Shown: positions 48,657 through 58,045 of the stretch, piece after piece
How positions within the stretch are numbered: the stretch's first letter is position 1
Layout: every line of letters starts with the position of its first letter
Source of the DNA: a virus
Direction: 5' to 3' (one strand)
Virus genome (UHGV): UHGV-0125682
Length of the DNA: 64,000 bases
Program-made: the position numbers and the translations under genes
The notes under the pieces: generated by a model
The model's input: only the letters and a program-made list of their open reading frames with translations
Database searches by the model: none
What the model was told of the DNA's origin: nothing

Positions 48657-48845
48657 AATTTCCCCAGCATCGTGACGAAAAACATCAGCACGGCAAAAAG
48701 CTCAATACCTAATTCAAGTAGCGCCAACGCCCCGAAAAAAAACACATAGAACAGGCCAATCTCATTCACAGATGGCTGGTGGATCGCACTTAAAGCTATA
48801 AGCATCATGTCCTCCAAACATTTATCAGTGATGATATTAATGTTT

Positions 48846-48865
48846 TGTGTTAGAAAATCAATTTT
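48846..48865 (-). promoter_or_regulatory. operator-like repeat
   Basis: tgtgttagaaaatcaatttt upstream of ref-like gene. Confidence 0.55.
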
Positions 48866-48925
48866 GAATATCTAACTGCTTTGATCAATCATAGAAAAAT
48901 CGCTGAAAAGTAAGAGGCAGCCATC

Positions 48926-49504
48926 ATGCAGAAACAGAGCTATTGGGAGAAACAGAGACAAAAAGCCATGCAAAAATTGGCTGACCCAGCCTGGCGAGAG
49001 GAACAAAGGGCAAAGCGCCTTCAACAAGCTCAACGCCAGCAGCAGCGAGCGAGAGAAAAAGCCGCATCGCCTGAATATCGGCAAAAGAAAATTGAAAAAG
49101 CAAAGCAATATGAACAGCGGAGAAAAGATAAAGCTGTATCCGCTCCGTCCAAAAAAACACGCACGTCACGCGGCCTGAAAGGCAGATCACTCACAGCCGA
49201 TGAACGCCGGATACAGACCGCTATCGGTGCTCTCCCCTGCATTGCCTGCCATATTCACGGGCAACATAGCCCAGTGGTATCCCTGCACCATATCTTCGGG
49301 AGAACGGCAGAGAACGCGCATAAATATGTCCTCCCTTTGTGTAAATGGCACCACCAGTACGCAGCGCCAGCCGAGGTCAGAGAACAATATCCCTGGCTGG
49401 TCCCTGTTCATGCTGACGGAAAAATAGGCGGAAAAGCAGATTTCATGCGGCACAATGCCGATGAAATGACGTTGTATCAGATGGCGATTGAGTTGATAAA
49501 TTAG
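48926..49504 (+). CDS. ref: Ref-like HNH endonuclease
   Basis: Basic Lys/Arg/Gln-rich N-terminal 80 aa then His/Cys cluster (CIACHIHGQHS, HHIFGR, CKWHH); operator upstream. Confidence 0.6.
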   Translation: MQKQSYWEKQRQKAMQKLADPAWREEQRAKRLQQAQRQQQRAREKAASPEYRQKKIEKAKQYEQRRKDKAVSAPSKKTRTSRGLKGRSLTADERRIQTAIGALPCIACHIHGQHSPVVSLHHIFGRTAENAHKYVLPLCKWHHQYAAPAEVREQYPWLVPVHADGKIGGKADFMRHNADEMTLYQMAIELIN

Positions 49505-49518
49505 TTTTCTAACATTTT
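49499..49518 (+). promoter_or_regulatory. operator-like repeat
   Basis: attagttttctaacatttt. Confidence 0.5.
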
Positions 49519-49835
49519 AAGTTGAATTGAAAAACTCTCCGATGTACATTCACTACCGATTGGCACACCGGTCAACTTTTTGAGACAAACTGTTTAGTTT
49601 TTCGTATTATTGCCTCCGCCATACCTATGGCGGTGCAATATAGGTGGCTGAAAAGCCCCCGTTGACTCACGGTGTTCCAGCCTTTATTGCGCCGCCACCA
49701 GACCGTGGAACAGTCGATGGCGGCTCCGAAAGCAAGGAGTCACAACACTATGAACAACTACAGTCTTTTCCCATCACTCGTCTTCCACCACTCACGCGAT
49801 AATCTGCATTCTTTGCTCGCGCCGGGGGTGTCAAA

Positions 49836-50003
49836 ATGACTGTTCGCTACCTCAACTTTCAAATCAAGAACATTACTGGCGGTTGCTATGACTGGTTTGT
49901 CACTCTCGGAAAAGAAGTGATCACCGGGAAGCTGGATGAAGTGAAAGCTAAAGCAATGGCCTACGCCTGCAAGCAAGTCAGGAAGAAATCCGCCAAAGCA
50001 TAA
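49836..50003 (+). CDS. small hypothetical protein (55 aa), not in ORF track
   Basis: ATG ORF followed by terminator-like hairpin plus T run at about 50112..50132. Confidence 0.35.
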   Translation: MTVRYLNFQIKNITGGCYDWFVTLGKEVITGKLDEVKAKAMAYACKQVRKKSAKA

Positions 50004-50315
50004 AACACTGACTGTTGCGCCCTGGCATTATCGTGGGGTATATTTCTACGGCACCTTAGAAAAACGGGTGCCGGGATTGGAACCCCGGATAATGCAAAAG
50101 GCGACACAGACGCCGAAAGCGTCTTTTTTTGTGTCATGCCATCGCACAGCCATACGTAGCGTTTAGCTCAGAGATCAATGGTAGTGCTGGCTGGGCTGCC
50201 GAAAGGCAGGCCGGTTCCCTTTTGCGCCGGTAGTTCCAACCCAGTCAGTGCTACCGCCATTGAGATTGGAACCTCACGCGGTAGCTCCTTAAATTAGCAA
50301 AAGGAGGCTGCCAAT

Positions 50316-50531
50316 ATGGCTACTATCCCTACCCCAACTCATTCTGAATTTATCTGGCGTTTCTATTCCTGCCAAAAACACCTGTATATCTGCGTCATGG
50401 CTGCTACCGAAGCAGAAGCTCGTTCATACCTTCCTGAAGAACCCTGCATTTTTGCCGCACGCTTCACTCTTGATGCGATGGAGATCCTAAATTACTGGAA
50501 TCTGCCAATGAACTGCGTGGAGGTGCACTGA
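50316..50531 (+). CDS. Icd-like small protein, copy 2
   Basis: Paralog of 9917..10141; AAAGGAGG RBS. Confidence 0.5.
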   Translation: MATIPTPTHSEFIWRFYSCQKHLYICVMAATEAEARSYLPEEPCIFAARFTLDAMEILNYWNLPMNCVEVH

Positions 50532-51472
50532 TGAATCTGTCCATCTCTCAAAAAGCGACAATGACCAGTATTGAGATCGCGGAACTGGTAGGTAAGCGTC
50601 ATGATAATGTGAAGCGTACCATTGAAGTATTAACTAAAGGTGGTGTCATTCAATTTCCTCAAATTGAGGAAATTGAAAATAAACAATCAGTTGGCCCTCG
50701 TCGATTTTCCAAGGCTTACATATTTGAAGGCGAACAAGGAAAACGAGACAGCATCATTGTCGTCGCGCAGCTCTCTCCGGAATTCACCGCCCGGCTGGTG
50801 GACCGCTGGCGCGAACTGGAGAATGCCCGGGTACAGTTAAAATCAAAAGCCGAAATTCTGGCTGAAATGGCGCAAATGCATCTTGAGCATGAACGCCGGA
50901 TCAACGCCGTAAATGCCCAGGTAGCCGAGGTATCAGCACAAGTATCGATGGTCGCTGAAACACTCGAGCAAATAAAGAAAGGCAATATTCCGGAAGGCTA
51001 CATTGGCTACCGCCAGCTGGCGGCGAAATGTGGCCTGACTGAAGCCAAATGTCGCAACCTGGTTAACGCTTTCCGGATTCCCACCGATACGCATGAGTTT
51101 TTAACTCCAGATGGTTTGCTTGCGCGACGCTCCATTGTGGCCCTGGTCCCCTTCCGGAAAGCCTTTAAGCAGGTGATGTCGGAGGCAGAACCACGCAATA
51201 AACGCTGGTATCATCCAAAGATGGGGATGTTTCAGGCAATCCACCATCCTGTGCCTGAAAGCCCAAAGGATAATCTGTCACTACATACCGTCAGAGAGAA
51301 GATCAGGACTGGATACGCAACAGTGTGTCGTCGTTCTTCCTGGCCTGAAGGTATATGGGTGTGGCCCGAAGGTGGATCACGAAAGCACTGTCGCACCATC
51401 CGTGACGGGAAAATCCATGCTATTGATTTAGCTCCAGAGGATGTTATTGCTATGGACTGGATTGTTAGTTAA
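50531..51472 (+). CDS. antirepressor-like protein (Rha/Ant-type) with fused C-terminal domain
   Basis: Paralog of 10141..10848 plus C-terminal region matching 10845..11045. Confidence 0.7.
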   Translation: MNLSISQKATMTSIEIAELVGKRHDNVKRTIEVLTKGGVIQFPQIEEIENKQSVGPRRFSKAYIFEGEQGKRDSIIVVAQLSPEFTARLVDRWRELENARVQLKSKAEILAEMAQMHLEHERRINAVNAQVAEVSAQVSMVAETLEQIKKGNIPEGYIGYRQLAAKCGLTEAKCRNLVNAFRIPTDTHEFLTPDGLLARRSIVALVPFRKAFKQVMSEAEPRNKRWYHPKMGMFQAIHHPVPESPKDNLSLHTVREKIRTGYATVCRRSSWPEGIWVWPEGGSRKHCRTIRDGKIHAIDLAPEDVIAMDWIVS

Positions 51473-51478
51473 ATGCTG

Positions 51479-51499
51479 CATCCCCGGCGACGCCGGGGA
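51479..51499 (+). terminator. hairpin terminator
   Basis: atccccggcgacgccggggat hairpin; weak T tract. Confidence 0.5.
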
Positions 51500-51531
51500 T
51501 TTAACTGCCAAATAATCGGATTATCCGCACG

Positions 51532-51843
51532 ATGAAAAAAATAGATTTCACTTATTCTGCCGCCACACTTGAGCGGCGCTTCACCCTCATTAGAGAGTTG
51601 GAACTGTCAAAAGTCTGGTATCAAATCCTACTGGATGAAGAGTTTTCACTGATGGTTATAGCAGAAAAATTGGCTATGCCTAATGATCGGCACAAGGTCA
51701 TAGCCAGCCTCGATCTGGTGACAAACAGATACTGGGAAACAGAGGAACTACATGAGGCGGGAGTAATTCGTGACCTGATGGAGAATTCCGTTCCCCGCCG
51801 CTATCGTGCAGGGAACGGCATCTCCGTGGTTAAAGGTGTTTAA
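51532..51843 (+). CDS. hypothetical protein
   Basis: ORF. Confidence 0.45.
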   Translation: MKKIDFTYSAATLERRFTLIRELELSKVWYQILLDEEFSLMVIAEKLAMPNDRHKVIASLDLVTNRYWETEELHEAGVIRDLMENSVPRRYRAGNGISVVKGV

Positions 51844-52232
51844 AGCTCACCTGCGCGCTGTTTTTCAAGCACAGATTTAACATTTGGCGCTTTCCCTTTA
51901 AAAGAATGGAAAGTGCCACATTTTTCTGTTTTAACCTCGCGCAGAGCTTCGCCATCGGCGTTCTGCCATTGATGGGATAATGTCATATCACCGCGAGAAG
52001 GAACATCCAGCGAGTACAGCGTGTAAGTTCCCCCCATCTCCGCATACTCCTGGAACACATAGCTCATTACGTCAGATTCAGTTTTTCGGTGTGCGTTATC
52101 AACCTTATTCCCATTCAGAAATATGGCATCTGGATAGATTTTTATATCAAACCTACCGCACTTAACTTGTAAATTTCCGGCGCTCGCGATCAAAGGGAAA
52201 GACGCCAGTAAAGCAATAGCCAATCTTTTCAA
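51840..52232 (-). CDS. secreted protein (signal peptide, ASA cleavage site)
   Basis: MKRLAIALLASFPLIASA signal. Confidence 0.5.
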   Translation of the reverse strand: MKRLAIALLASFPLIASAGNLQVKCGRFDIKIYPDAIFLNGNKVDNAHRKTESDVMSYVFQEYAEMGGTYTLYSLDVPSRGDMTLSHQWQNADGEALREVKTEKCGTFHSFKGKAPNVKSVLEKQRAGEL

Positions 52233-52252
52233 TTCTGCCTCCGCTGCGTAAC

Positions 52253-52876
52253 TTATTGCCCGTATTTTTTACACCATTGCTCTGCCATTTGTTTGGCTAA
52301 AGGCCCGGCTACTGCACTGTATTCTGCTGTTTTACTTTGCACACATGAAGCAGATGTTTTTTTATTTCGCTGCTCGGTTAGTTTGCGCTCATAAGCCATC
52401 ATGCTATCGAACCCGGCAATATCACTTTGGCGAAGCATTCCCTTTTTAACCAAAAATTGCTGCCCCTCGGGCACCAGCGCAAGCATAAAAAGTGGTTGTA
52501 ATAACTCACCTAATCCTTGCTGGCGATACACTTCGAATTGCTGCCATCCCTGACTTAATCTGGAAAGAGTATCTTTGGTTGAATAACCTGTTTTTGTTAT
52601 AGCTTTGTCCGTCAGATATGCTGTATATGCAAAAACGCAAAAGTCAGTTTTACCAATAAACTGAGTTCCAACAGGCCGTAATGGAATGCCCTCTCTCTTG
52701 CAAAAGTCCATAATTGCCGCTTGTGAATGATCCCCACCAGCGTTATTCATAACCTGCTGCCCTGCCCTGAATTGTGCAGGTAACGCAGTTGCATTGGCTG
52801 TATTAACAGATACGCATCCCAACATAGCCGCGAGCGCGGTCCCTAAAACCCTTAACTTCACTACACCGTCCTTCAT
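52253..52876 (-). CDS. secreted protein or lipoprotein
   Basis: Signal peptide with MLGC lipobox-like site. Confidence 0.5.
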   Translation of the reverse strand: MKDGVVKLRVLGTALAAMLGCVSVNTANATALPAQFRAGQQVMNNAGGDHSQAAIMDFCKREGIPLRPVGTQFIGKTDFCVFAYTAYLTDKAITKTGYSTKDTLSRLSQGWQQFEVYRQQGLGELLQPLFMLALVPEGQQFLVKKGMLRQSDIAGFDSMMAYERKLTEQRNKKTSASCVQSKTAEYSAVAGPLAKQMAEQWCKKYGQ

Positions 52877-53092
52877 GTAAACAAAATGAAGTTTTATGTT
52901 ACAAAAACAATCAACTACATCAACATGATTTAGGCCAAATTTCGGTCAAAAAATAAAATCCACAAAAAGTGGTTGACACTATTTTGGAAATCACAAACTG
53001 CACATAATCCATCGCGCTAACGGCTCCCGTTGAAGGTTCTTTTGACGATTAACTTTCAGCCGAAGCGCGGTAGGGAGTCATAACGCCAAAGC

Positions 53093-53117
53093 AGGCCGCC
53101 ATGTGCGGCCTTTTTTT
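53093..53117 (+). terminator. intrinsic terminator with no upstream plus-strand CDS
   Basis: aggccgccatgtgcggcct hairpin plus T7. Confidence 0.6.
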
Positions 53118-53144
53118 GTATCCGTCATCCGTGGAGGAAGGACA

Positions 53145-53798
53145 ATGGAAAAGATCGCAATATTCAGCCTGACCACCAGCAAGCCTCAAATGCTCACTGC
53201 AATACTGAAAGACGGTGCTCTCATTATTAACGAAGTAAAACCCCTTCCCGCGTCAGCATTGGAGCAAAAGCAAAAAATTCCTCCAGCCATAGCAGCCCTG
53301 CGGAAAAGCAAATTTAAGGTACTGGTAGACGAAATTACGCCAACGATCTCCGCTGGCACCGGAGCAAGCCAGGTGACTCTCAAGACCCGTCATGCCGATG
53401 GCAGAGCAGCAATCATCGTCGGGATGGAAAGATACAGAGAGTTAAAACTCCAGAAGCTATTATCCCTGCCGCAAAATAACAAAGGTGCTTTCGAAATCCC
53501 CGACTCTATCGTTGATACCGAATACAACGGTAACGGAGAAGAAGTCTACAGGGTGAACTGGCAGGATATCAGGCCGGAGCATATTCTGATGATCCTGTGT
53601 TGCTACGCGACCGTATACCACAACGTTGCCAGTGCGGATTACGTAGAGCAGATGACCGGTACAGTCGATAAAGAGCAAAAAACAGGCATACTCGCTTCGT
53701 TCCTTTCCATTATTGGGCATGAAAAAGTTAAAGCAGGCACCTCCCAGCCAAAGTCACTGGCTGGGAAAGAAGTTGATGAAGATACCGTGATACTTTGA
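53145..53798 (+). CDS. hypothetical protein (start reassigned to MEKIAIF with GGAGGAAGG RBS)
   Basis: ORF; track start 53103 overlaps the terminator. Confidence 0.55.
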   Translation: MEKIAIFSLTTSKPQMLTAILKDGALIINEVKPLPASALEQKQKIPPAIAALRKSKFKVLVDEITPTISAGTGASQVTLKTRHADGRAAIIVGMERYRELKLQKLLSLPQNNKGAFEIPDSIVDTEYNGNGEEVYRVNWQDIRPEHILMILCCYATVYHNVASADYVEQMTGTVDKEQKTGILASFLSIIGHEKVKAGTSQPKSLAGKEVDEDTVIL

Positions 53799-54126
53799 TC
53801 ACATTAGTAGCTTTGTTAACTCCCTCAATACCAGGTAGAAGAGTAACAAAAATATTGACGCCAGTATTTGAGTGGACAATGAAGCGTTCATAAACAGATC
53901 AATTAGCATTAATAATTCGAAGATAACATCCATGTCATGCACTCCGTTTAATTTTTAATCTAATGCCAGCAAATGAAGCTGGCCCCCGCATAAAGATTAA
54001 TGAAAGTCACTTGTCACCAGTGAGGGGATTTATGAACCACATCCCCCTGAACTGGTGGCCTGTCTGTTTCTCGCATTTCACACCCTGCATACAGTTTCCC
54101 CCAGGTTATGACTGAGGGGCTTTGTT

Positions 54127-54456
54127 ATGGGCTATAGCAGACTCGACGATAGGTACATTGAAGACGATATTTTTCGTGCGCTGTTTCACCAGGAAATGAT
54201 TAAGCGGGTATCGGAGTATCACTCTGATAATTTCCAGTACACGATAAAGATTGATGAAGTATATCGTTCAGACCTTGCAGCCTACAGGGCGTATGGCAAT
54301 GCAGATTTGCGCTGGGTATTCCGGGTGCTGGTGGGCCATGAGTCAGAAATGGAAGAAATGCCCGCCGGGACCACGTTAACTCTTCCTGATGTGGCATGGC
54401 TGAGGAACAAGATCCGTGATTACGCGAGCGCGGAACCGGAGATAGAAAATGCCTGA
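54127..54456 (+). CDS. hypothetical protein
   Basis: ORF, overlaps next gene. Confidence 0.5.
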   Translation: MGYSRLDDRYIEDDIFRALFHQEMIKRVSEYHSDNFQYTIKIDEVYRSDLAAYRAYGNADLRWVFRVLVGHESEMEEMPAGTTLTLPDVAWLRNKIRDYASAEPEIENA

Positions 54457-55639
54457 TTTCCTGAAAAACCAGGACGGGCGCTATATCACTGACGGTCTGT
54501 CCTCTAAGGACTTCACGCGTTTATTCGACCTTATCAGGAAAGAACAAACCCGTAAGCGCCGACAAGCTCACCGGACGCTGACGCCAGGCAGACTTAGGAA
54601 CAAATCCGCCGAAGATATTCTCAAGTTAGGGAAGAAAAAAGGCGGCACGTTCTTTACGCGAGACGATCTGAAAGGCTTCGAAAAGCTACGGAGTAAAACG
54701 CGCGAAAAATATGACAGCAAGACGGCTGGCATCACATACGCCCAGCTGGTGGCATCCAGCCAGGCTATCGATATTAAGCGTGCAAATAACGCCGTGGATG
54801 ACGGATCTGGTATCAAAAGAGCTACACCCGTATCTCTTCGCCACAATGTGATTAATATCCGCGTAGAAGCATCGGATATATCCGTCCACCAGCACCATAT
54901 CGTCCGGATACGCTTTGAAGAATGGGATCAGATGGTTGATGATATCGCAGAAGACGATAAATCAGCTCTCAAAATCACTAAATCACTGTGCGCCGGGCGA
55001 GTGTCTTTCGATTGTGACTGTGGTCGTCATCAATACTGGTATCGTTACATCGCCACTGCGGGTAACTTTGCCCTGGCACCGCCAAAAGAATACGCCTATC
55101 CAAAAGTTCGCAACCCGAAGCTGCAAGGCGTCGCCTGTAAACACGTGATCCACTCAATGACGCGGTTACAGTCCGCCAGTTGGCAAATGAGTATTGCTCG
55201 TGCGCTACAAAAGGCTGCAACGCAAATTGCATTTGGTGACGATCGCCGCCGTACAACCAAACACTTCTCAAAAGAAGACGAGAAGGAGTTTAATCGCAAT
55301 CGTAGCAGTAAAACGAACGTTGACGCTGCCAAGCGAGAATGGAGGCTCTATCAGAAGCGCCAGGCCGCTTTAAGCACAAAACTGGCAAAGGACAACGGCA
55401 AGATTGACAAGCTACGTGACCAACTGACCAAGGCCAGAAAGTTGTCAGACGCACAGAAAAAACGGGCGGCAGCAAAAGAAGCGGCGTTGCAACGTGAGAA
55501 ACAGAAAAACAAGGAGCTTCAGCAACGCCTGGCCGATCAGTTCGCACTGAAGAAGCAGGCGTTCATTGATGCGCTTGTCATGGCTGGAACACCACCAGCA
55601 CAAGCTGAAAAAATGTTCATGGAGTACATAAAAAATTAA
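54449..55639 (+). CDS. hypothetical protein with CxC...CxH (SWIM-like) zinc-finger motif and basic coiled-coil tail
   Basis: FDCDCGRHQYW...GVACKHV. Confidence 0.5.
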   Translation: MPDFLKNQDGRYITDGLSSKDFTRLFDLIRKEQTRKRRQAHRTLTPGRLRNKSAEDILKLGKKKGGTFFTRDDLKGFEKLRSKTREKYDSKTAGITYAQLVASSQAIDIKRANNAVDDGSGIKRATPVSLRHNVINIRVEASDISVHQHHIVRIRFEEWDQMVDDIAEDDKSALKITKSLCAGRVSFDCDCGRHQYWYRYIATAGNFALAPPKEYAYPKVRNPKLQGVACKHVIHSMTRLQSASWQMSIARALQKAATQIAFGDDRRRTTKHFSKEDEKEFNRNRSSKTNVDAAKREWRLYQKRQAALSTKLAKDNGKIDKLRDQLTKARKLSDAQKKRAAAKEAALQREKQKNKELQQRLADQFALKKQAFIDALVMAGTPPAQAEKMFMEYIKN

Positions 55640-55641
55640 CA

Positions 55642-55666
55642 AAGGTGGGTTTATCCCACCTTTTTA
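55642..55666. terminator. bidirectional intrinsic terminator
   Basis: aggtgggtttatcccacct hairpin flanked by A and T runs. Confidence 0.65.
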
Positions 55667-56382
55667 TTAGCATCGCATTTAATTTTTTCAAGTGAATCAG
55701 AAAGCTTTGAGAGAAGCTCCTCAAGTGTTTCCCTGTCATTTGTATCACCCGAACGAAAAGATGAGTTTTTCACGGCGGTAAAAAATTCATAAAAATCATC
55801 CACCGAATTTAAGCTCTCACCTTTCTCTCTATATAATTTAATAATATGAATGATATCGCTATCCACACATTCAATCTGTTTCCTAATTTCTTTAAGCCGT
55901 TTTTCTAATGATTCAAGTTCTTCTTCTTGTTCAATATACTTTTTAACGTCTCTCTGCTTCTTAATGGCTTTCTTAATATCACTGTTAATTGTCCTTATTT
56001 GTTCTTTTTTATTTGCAATTTCATCTATTTTTCTTAATTTAGCATATAATGTGCTTGTCACCAAAGAAATTAACAGGGTTAACAGTGGCGCTAATATTGA
56101 TGCCACAACACCATAAATAAAAGGCAAAACAAAATGAGCTACGAACGATGGTAAAAAAAGATTCCCCAATAATGGGATCTTTTCCCCGACAAACACTATA
56201 GATAATGTATACATAACATCATCTTTTGACTTCAGTAATATAAATATGTCTCGCCAATTAGAAATTAAAAACGAAATAAAAATGTAGGCAAAAACCTTAT
56301 TAAACAACTTATCTTTTACAGCATCTTCTAACAGATTTTGGGTAGAGGAGTTTTCCTTTTCTATTGATGAATCAGCGCTCAT
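55651..56382 (-). CDS. AT-rich membrane-anchored coiled-coil protein
   Basis: About 32 percent GC by eye versus roughly 50 percent for the phage; two transmembrane helices then Lys/Glu-rich coiled coil. Confidence 0.55.
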   Translation of the reverse strand: MSADSSIEKENSSTQNLLEDAVKDKLFNKVFAYIFISFLISNWRDIFILLKSKDDVMYTLSIVFVGEKIPLLGNLFLPSFVAHFVLPFIYGVVASILAPLLTLLISLVTSTLYAKLRKIDEIANKKEQIRTINSDIKKAIKKQRDVKKYIEQEEELESLEKRLKEIRKQIECVDSDIIHIIKLYREKGESLNSVDDFYEFFTAVKNSSFRSGDTNDRETLEELLSKLSDSLEKIKCDANKKVG

Positions 56383-56442
56383 ATAATTACCAAATATTTA
56401 AACATTGATTTTATGTAAAAGCGGTCATCCAGACCGCAAAAC

Positions 56443-56802
56443 TTAAACACCAACCAGACTTTCCAGTGGAATACCAAACTGGGCATGTAAACGACGAATC
56501 ATAGGTAACGTCAAATTTCGTGTCCCATTAAGCACTTCGTAAACACGGTTTGACTTACCAATTGCCGGTTCCAGATCCTTCACGGTCAGCCCTTGCTGTT
56601 CCATACGGAATTTAATGGCCTCAATAGGTGATGGTGGCTCAATTGGGTAATGTTTTTTCTCGTACTCCTCAATGAGAAGACACATGACCTCAAAGAAATC
56701 ACCTTCCGGGGTGTTCATTTCCGGTTCGTTATCGAACATCGGTTCGACCGCACGCAGTGCGGCCTCATAATCTTGTTCTGTACGGATAGGTTTAATGTTC
56801 AT
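56443..56802 (-). CDS. higA: HigA-like antitoxin (HTH)
   Basis: C-terminal HTH (GLTVKDLEPAIGKSNRVYEVLNG); downstream of HigB-like toxin. Confidence 0.75.
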   Translation of the reverse strand: MNIKPIRTEQDYEAALRAVEPMFDNEPEMNTPEGDFFEVMCLLIEEYEKKHYPIEPPSPIEAIKFRMEQQGLTVKDLEPAIGKSNRVYEVLNGTRNLTLPMIRRLHAQFGIPLESLVGV

Positions 56803-56805
56803 GAT

Positions 56806-57108
56806 TTACTCCAGTTCTATTGTATCCGCTTCAATGGCATCGTATTCCTTATGTGTTCCAATAAACTTAACGAACATCCATCCTCGCTGATAAGCAATTG
56901 CGACAATTAACCTGTAATCATTTCCCTTAATATTGAACACCACGCGCCTGTTTTTAAGGATGCTGGCTGTCCGGTACTGTTCTTTGATCTCAGCCGGATT
57001 TTTCCAGTCAGCCTTTGTTGCTTCATCAACCCATGCCTTTAATGGCTGTTCTGCATCGGGATTCTTCGCCCAGAAATCCCTTAGTGTTTTTACCGAAATT
57101 ATTTTCAT
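56806..57108 (-). CDS. higB: HigB-like toxin (RelE/ParE superfamily)
   Basis: FNIKGNDYRLIVAIAY...IGTHKEYD matches HigB family; start reassigned to MKIIS with AAGGAA RBS. Confidence 0.75.
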   Translation of the reverse strand: MKIISVKTLRDFWAKNPDAEQPLKAWVDEATKADWKNPAEIKEQYRTASILKNRRVVFNIKGNDYRLIVAIAYQRGWMFVKFIGTHKEYDAIEADTIELE

Positions 57109-57253
57109 CACAGATTCCTTCTCTCTGAAAGCAGAGTAGTCCCAATATGGGACAATGTAAAGCACTTTAGTCCCATGCTGGGATATGAATTGAAATCACA
57201 ATCTCCAGACAATGCACCCTCGATACCTGATAAATCGACCTTTGAGGATGCTT

Positions 57254-58045
57254 ATGGGCCGTTTTGACGAATGGTTTTCTGACGATGCAAACCTGGCAAG
57301 TAAGGAGTCAGAACATGACAGCACGCAGAGAGAAACGCCAGCGCCGATTGAAGCGAATGCAGGAGGCGCGCCGGAACATGGCAATACCAGTTCGGATTCA
57401 TTCAGCATTCTGGAAGAGCAACCCGCCGCCAAAGCTGATAGCCATGATAATTTTGCTGATAGCAACGGTGGCCTTACTCCAGATGCTGGCGAATCAGATA
57501 TAGCCATACTTCCACCTTCCCTGGCTGGCAGAGAACCAACTCCACAGCTAAAAGCACGCTATAACGGGCATAAAGCCTTTAACGACCAAATCCGCGCAGA
57601 CTGGATGCTGATTATTGAATCCAGCCCAGACGCGTTTCAGGCTCTCTTATATCGACCAGATGTTGGCACATATGGGGTAGTCAGCGACGAAACAGGAGAA
57701 GAGTCATTCACTGAACTGGATAACAACCAGCGCGAACTGACTTACCAGGAACCTGAAATCGTTTATGTGCTGGATAACCCGGACGGGCGTGACTCTTTCC
57801 ATGCGATTGACGCAGACGGTGAGCAGGATGGCTTAACCGATGATGTTCTGATTCTGCGTATTGCAGCAAATAACGTCCCCGTCGGCTCAATTCTTGAATG
57901 GAATGAAGAGATGGTAAACGGCGTAGCCCGCCGCTGGTGGTACGTGCACCGTATTTTTAGCTACGGCACACAGCATGTTGGTTCGCTTTACTACTGCATA
58001 CCAGCCAGGAATTTTGATACGACTCAAAACGGAGTGATCGAATGA
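57254..58045 (+). CDS. hypothetical acidic protein (possible tail/baseplate module)
   Basis: Start reassigned to MGRFDEWF with GAGGA RBS. Confidence 0.45.
   Translation: MGRFDEWFSDDANLASKESEHDSTQRETPAPIEANAGGAPEHGNTSSDSFSILEEQPAAKADSHDNFADSNGGLTPDAGESDIAILPPSLAGREPTPQLKARYNGHKAFNDQIRADWMLIIESSPDAFQALLYRPDVGTYGVVSDETGEESFTELDNNQRELTYQEPEIVYVLDNPDGRDSFHAIDADGEQDGLTDDVLILRIAANNVPVGSILEWNEEMVNGVARRWWYVHRIFSYGTQHVGSLYYCIPARNFDTTQNGVIE

Noticed and set aside
49758-49976. 72-aa minus-strand ORF
   Set aside because: Overlaps the better-supported small plus-strand ORF 49836..50003 and leader region.
53103-53144. N-terminal extension of the 53145 gene
   Set aside because: Extension lies over the intrinsic terminator hairpin; the downstream ATG has a strong RBS.
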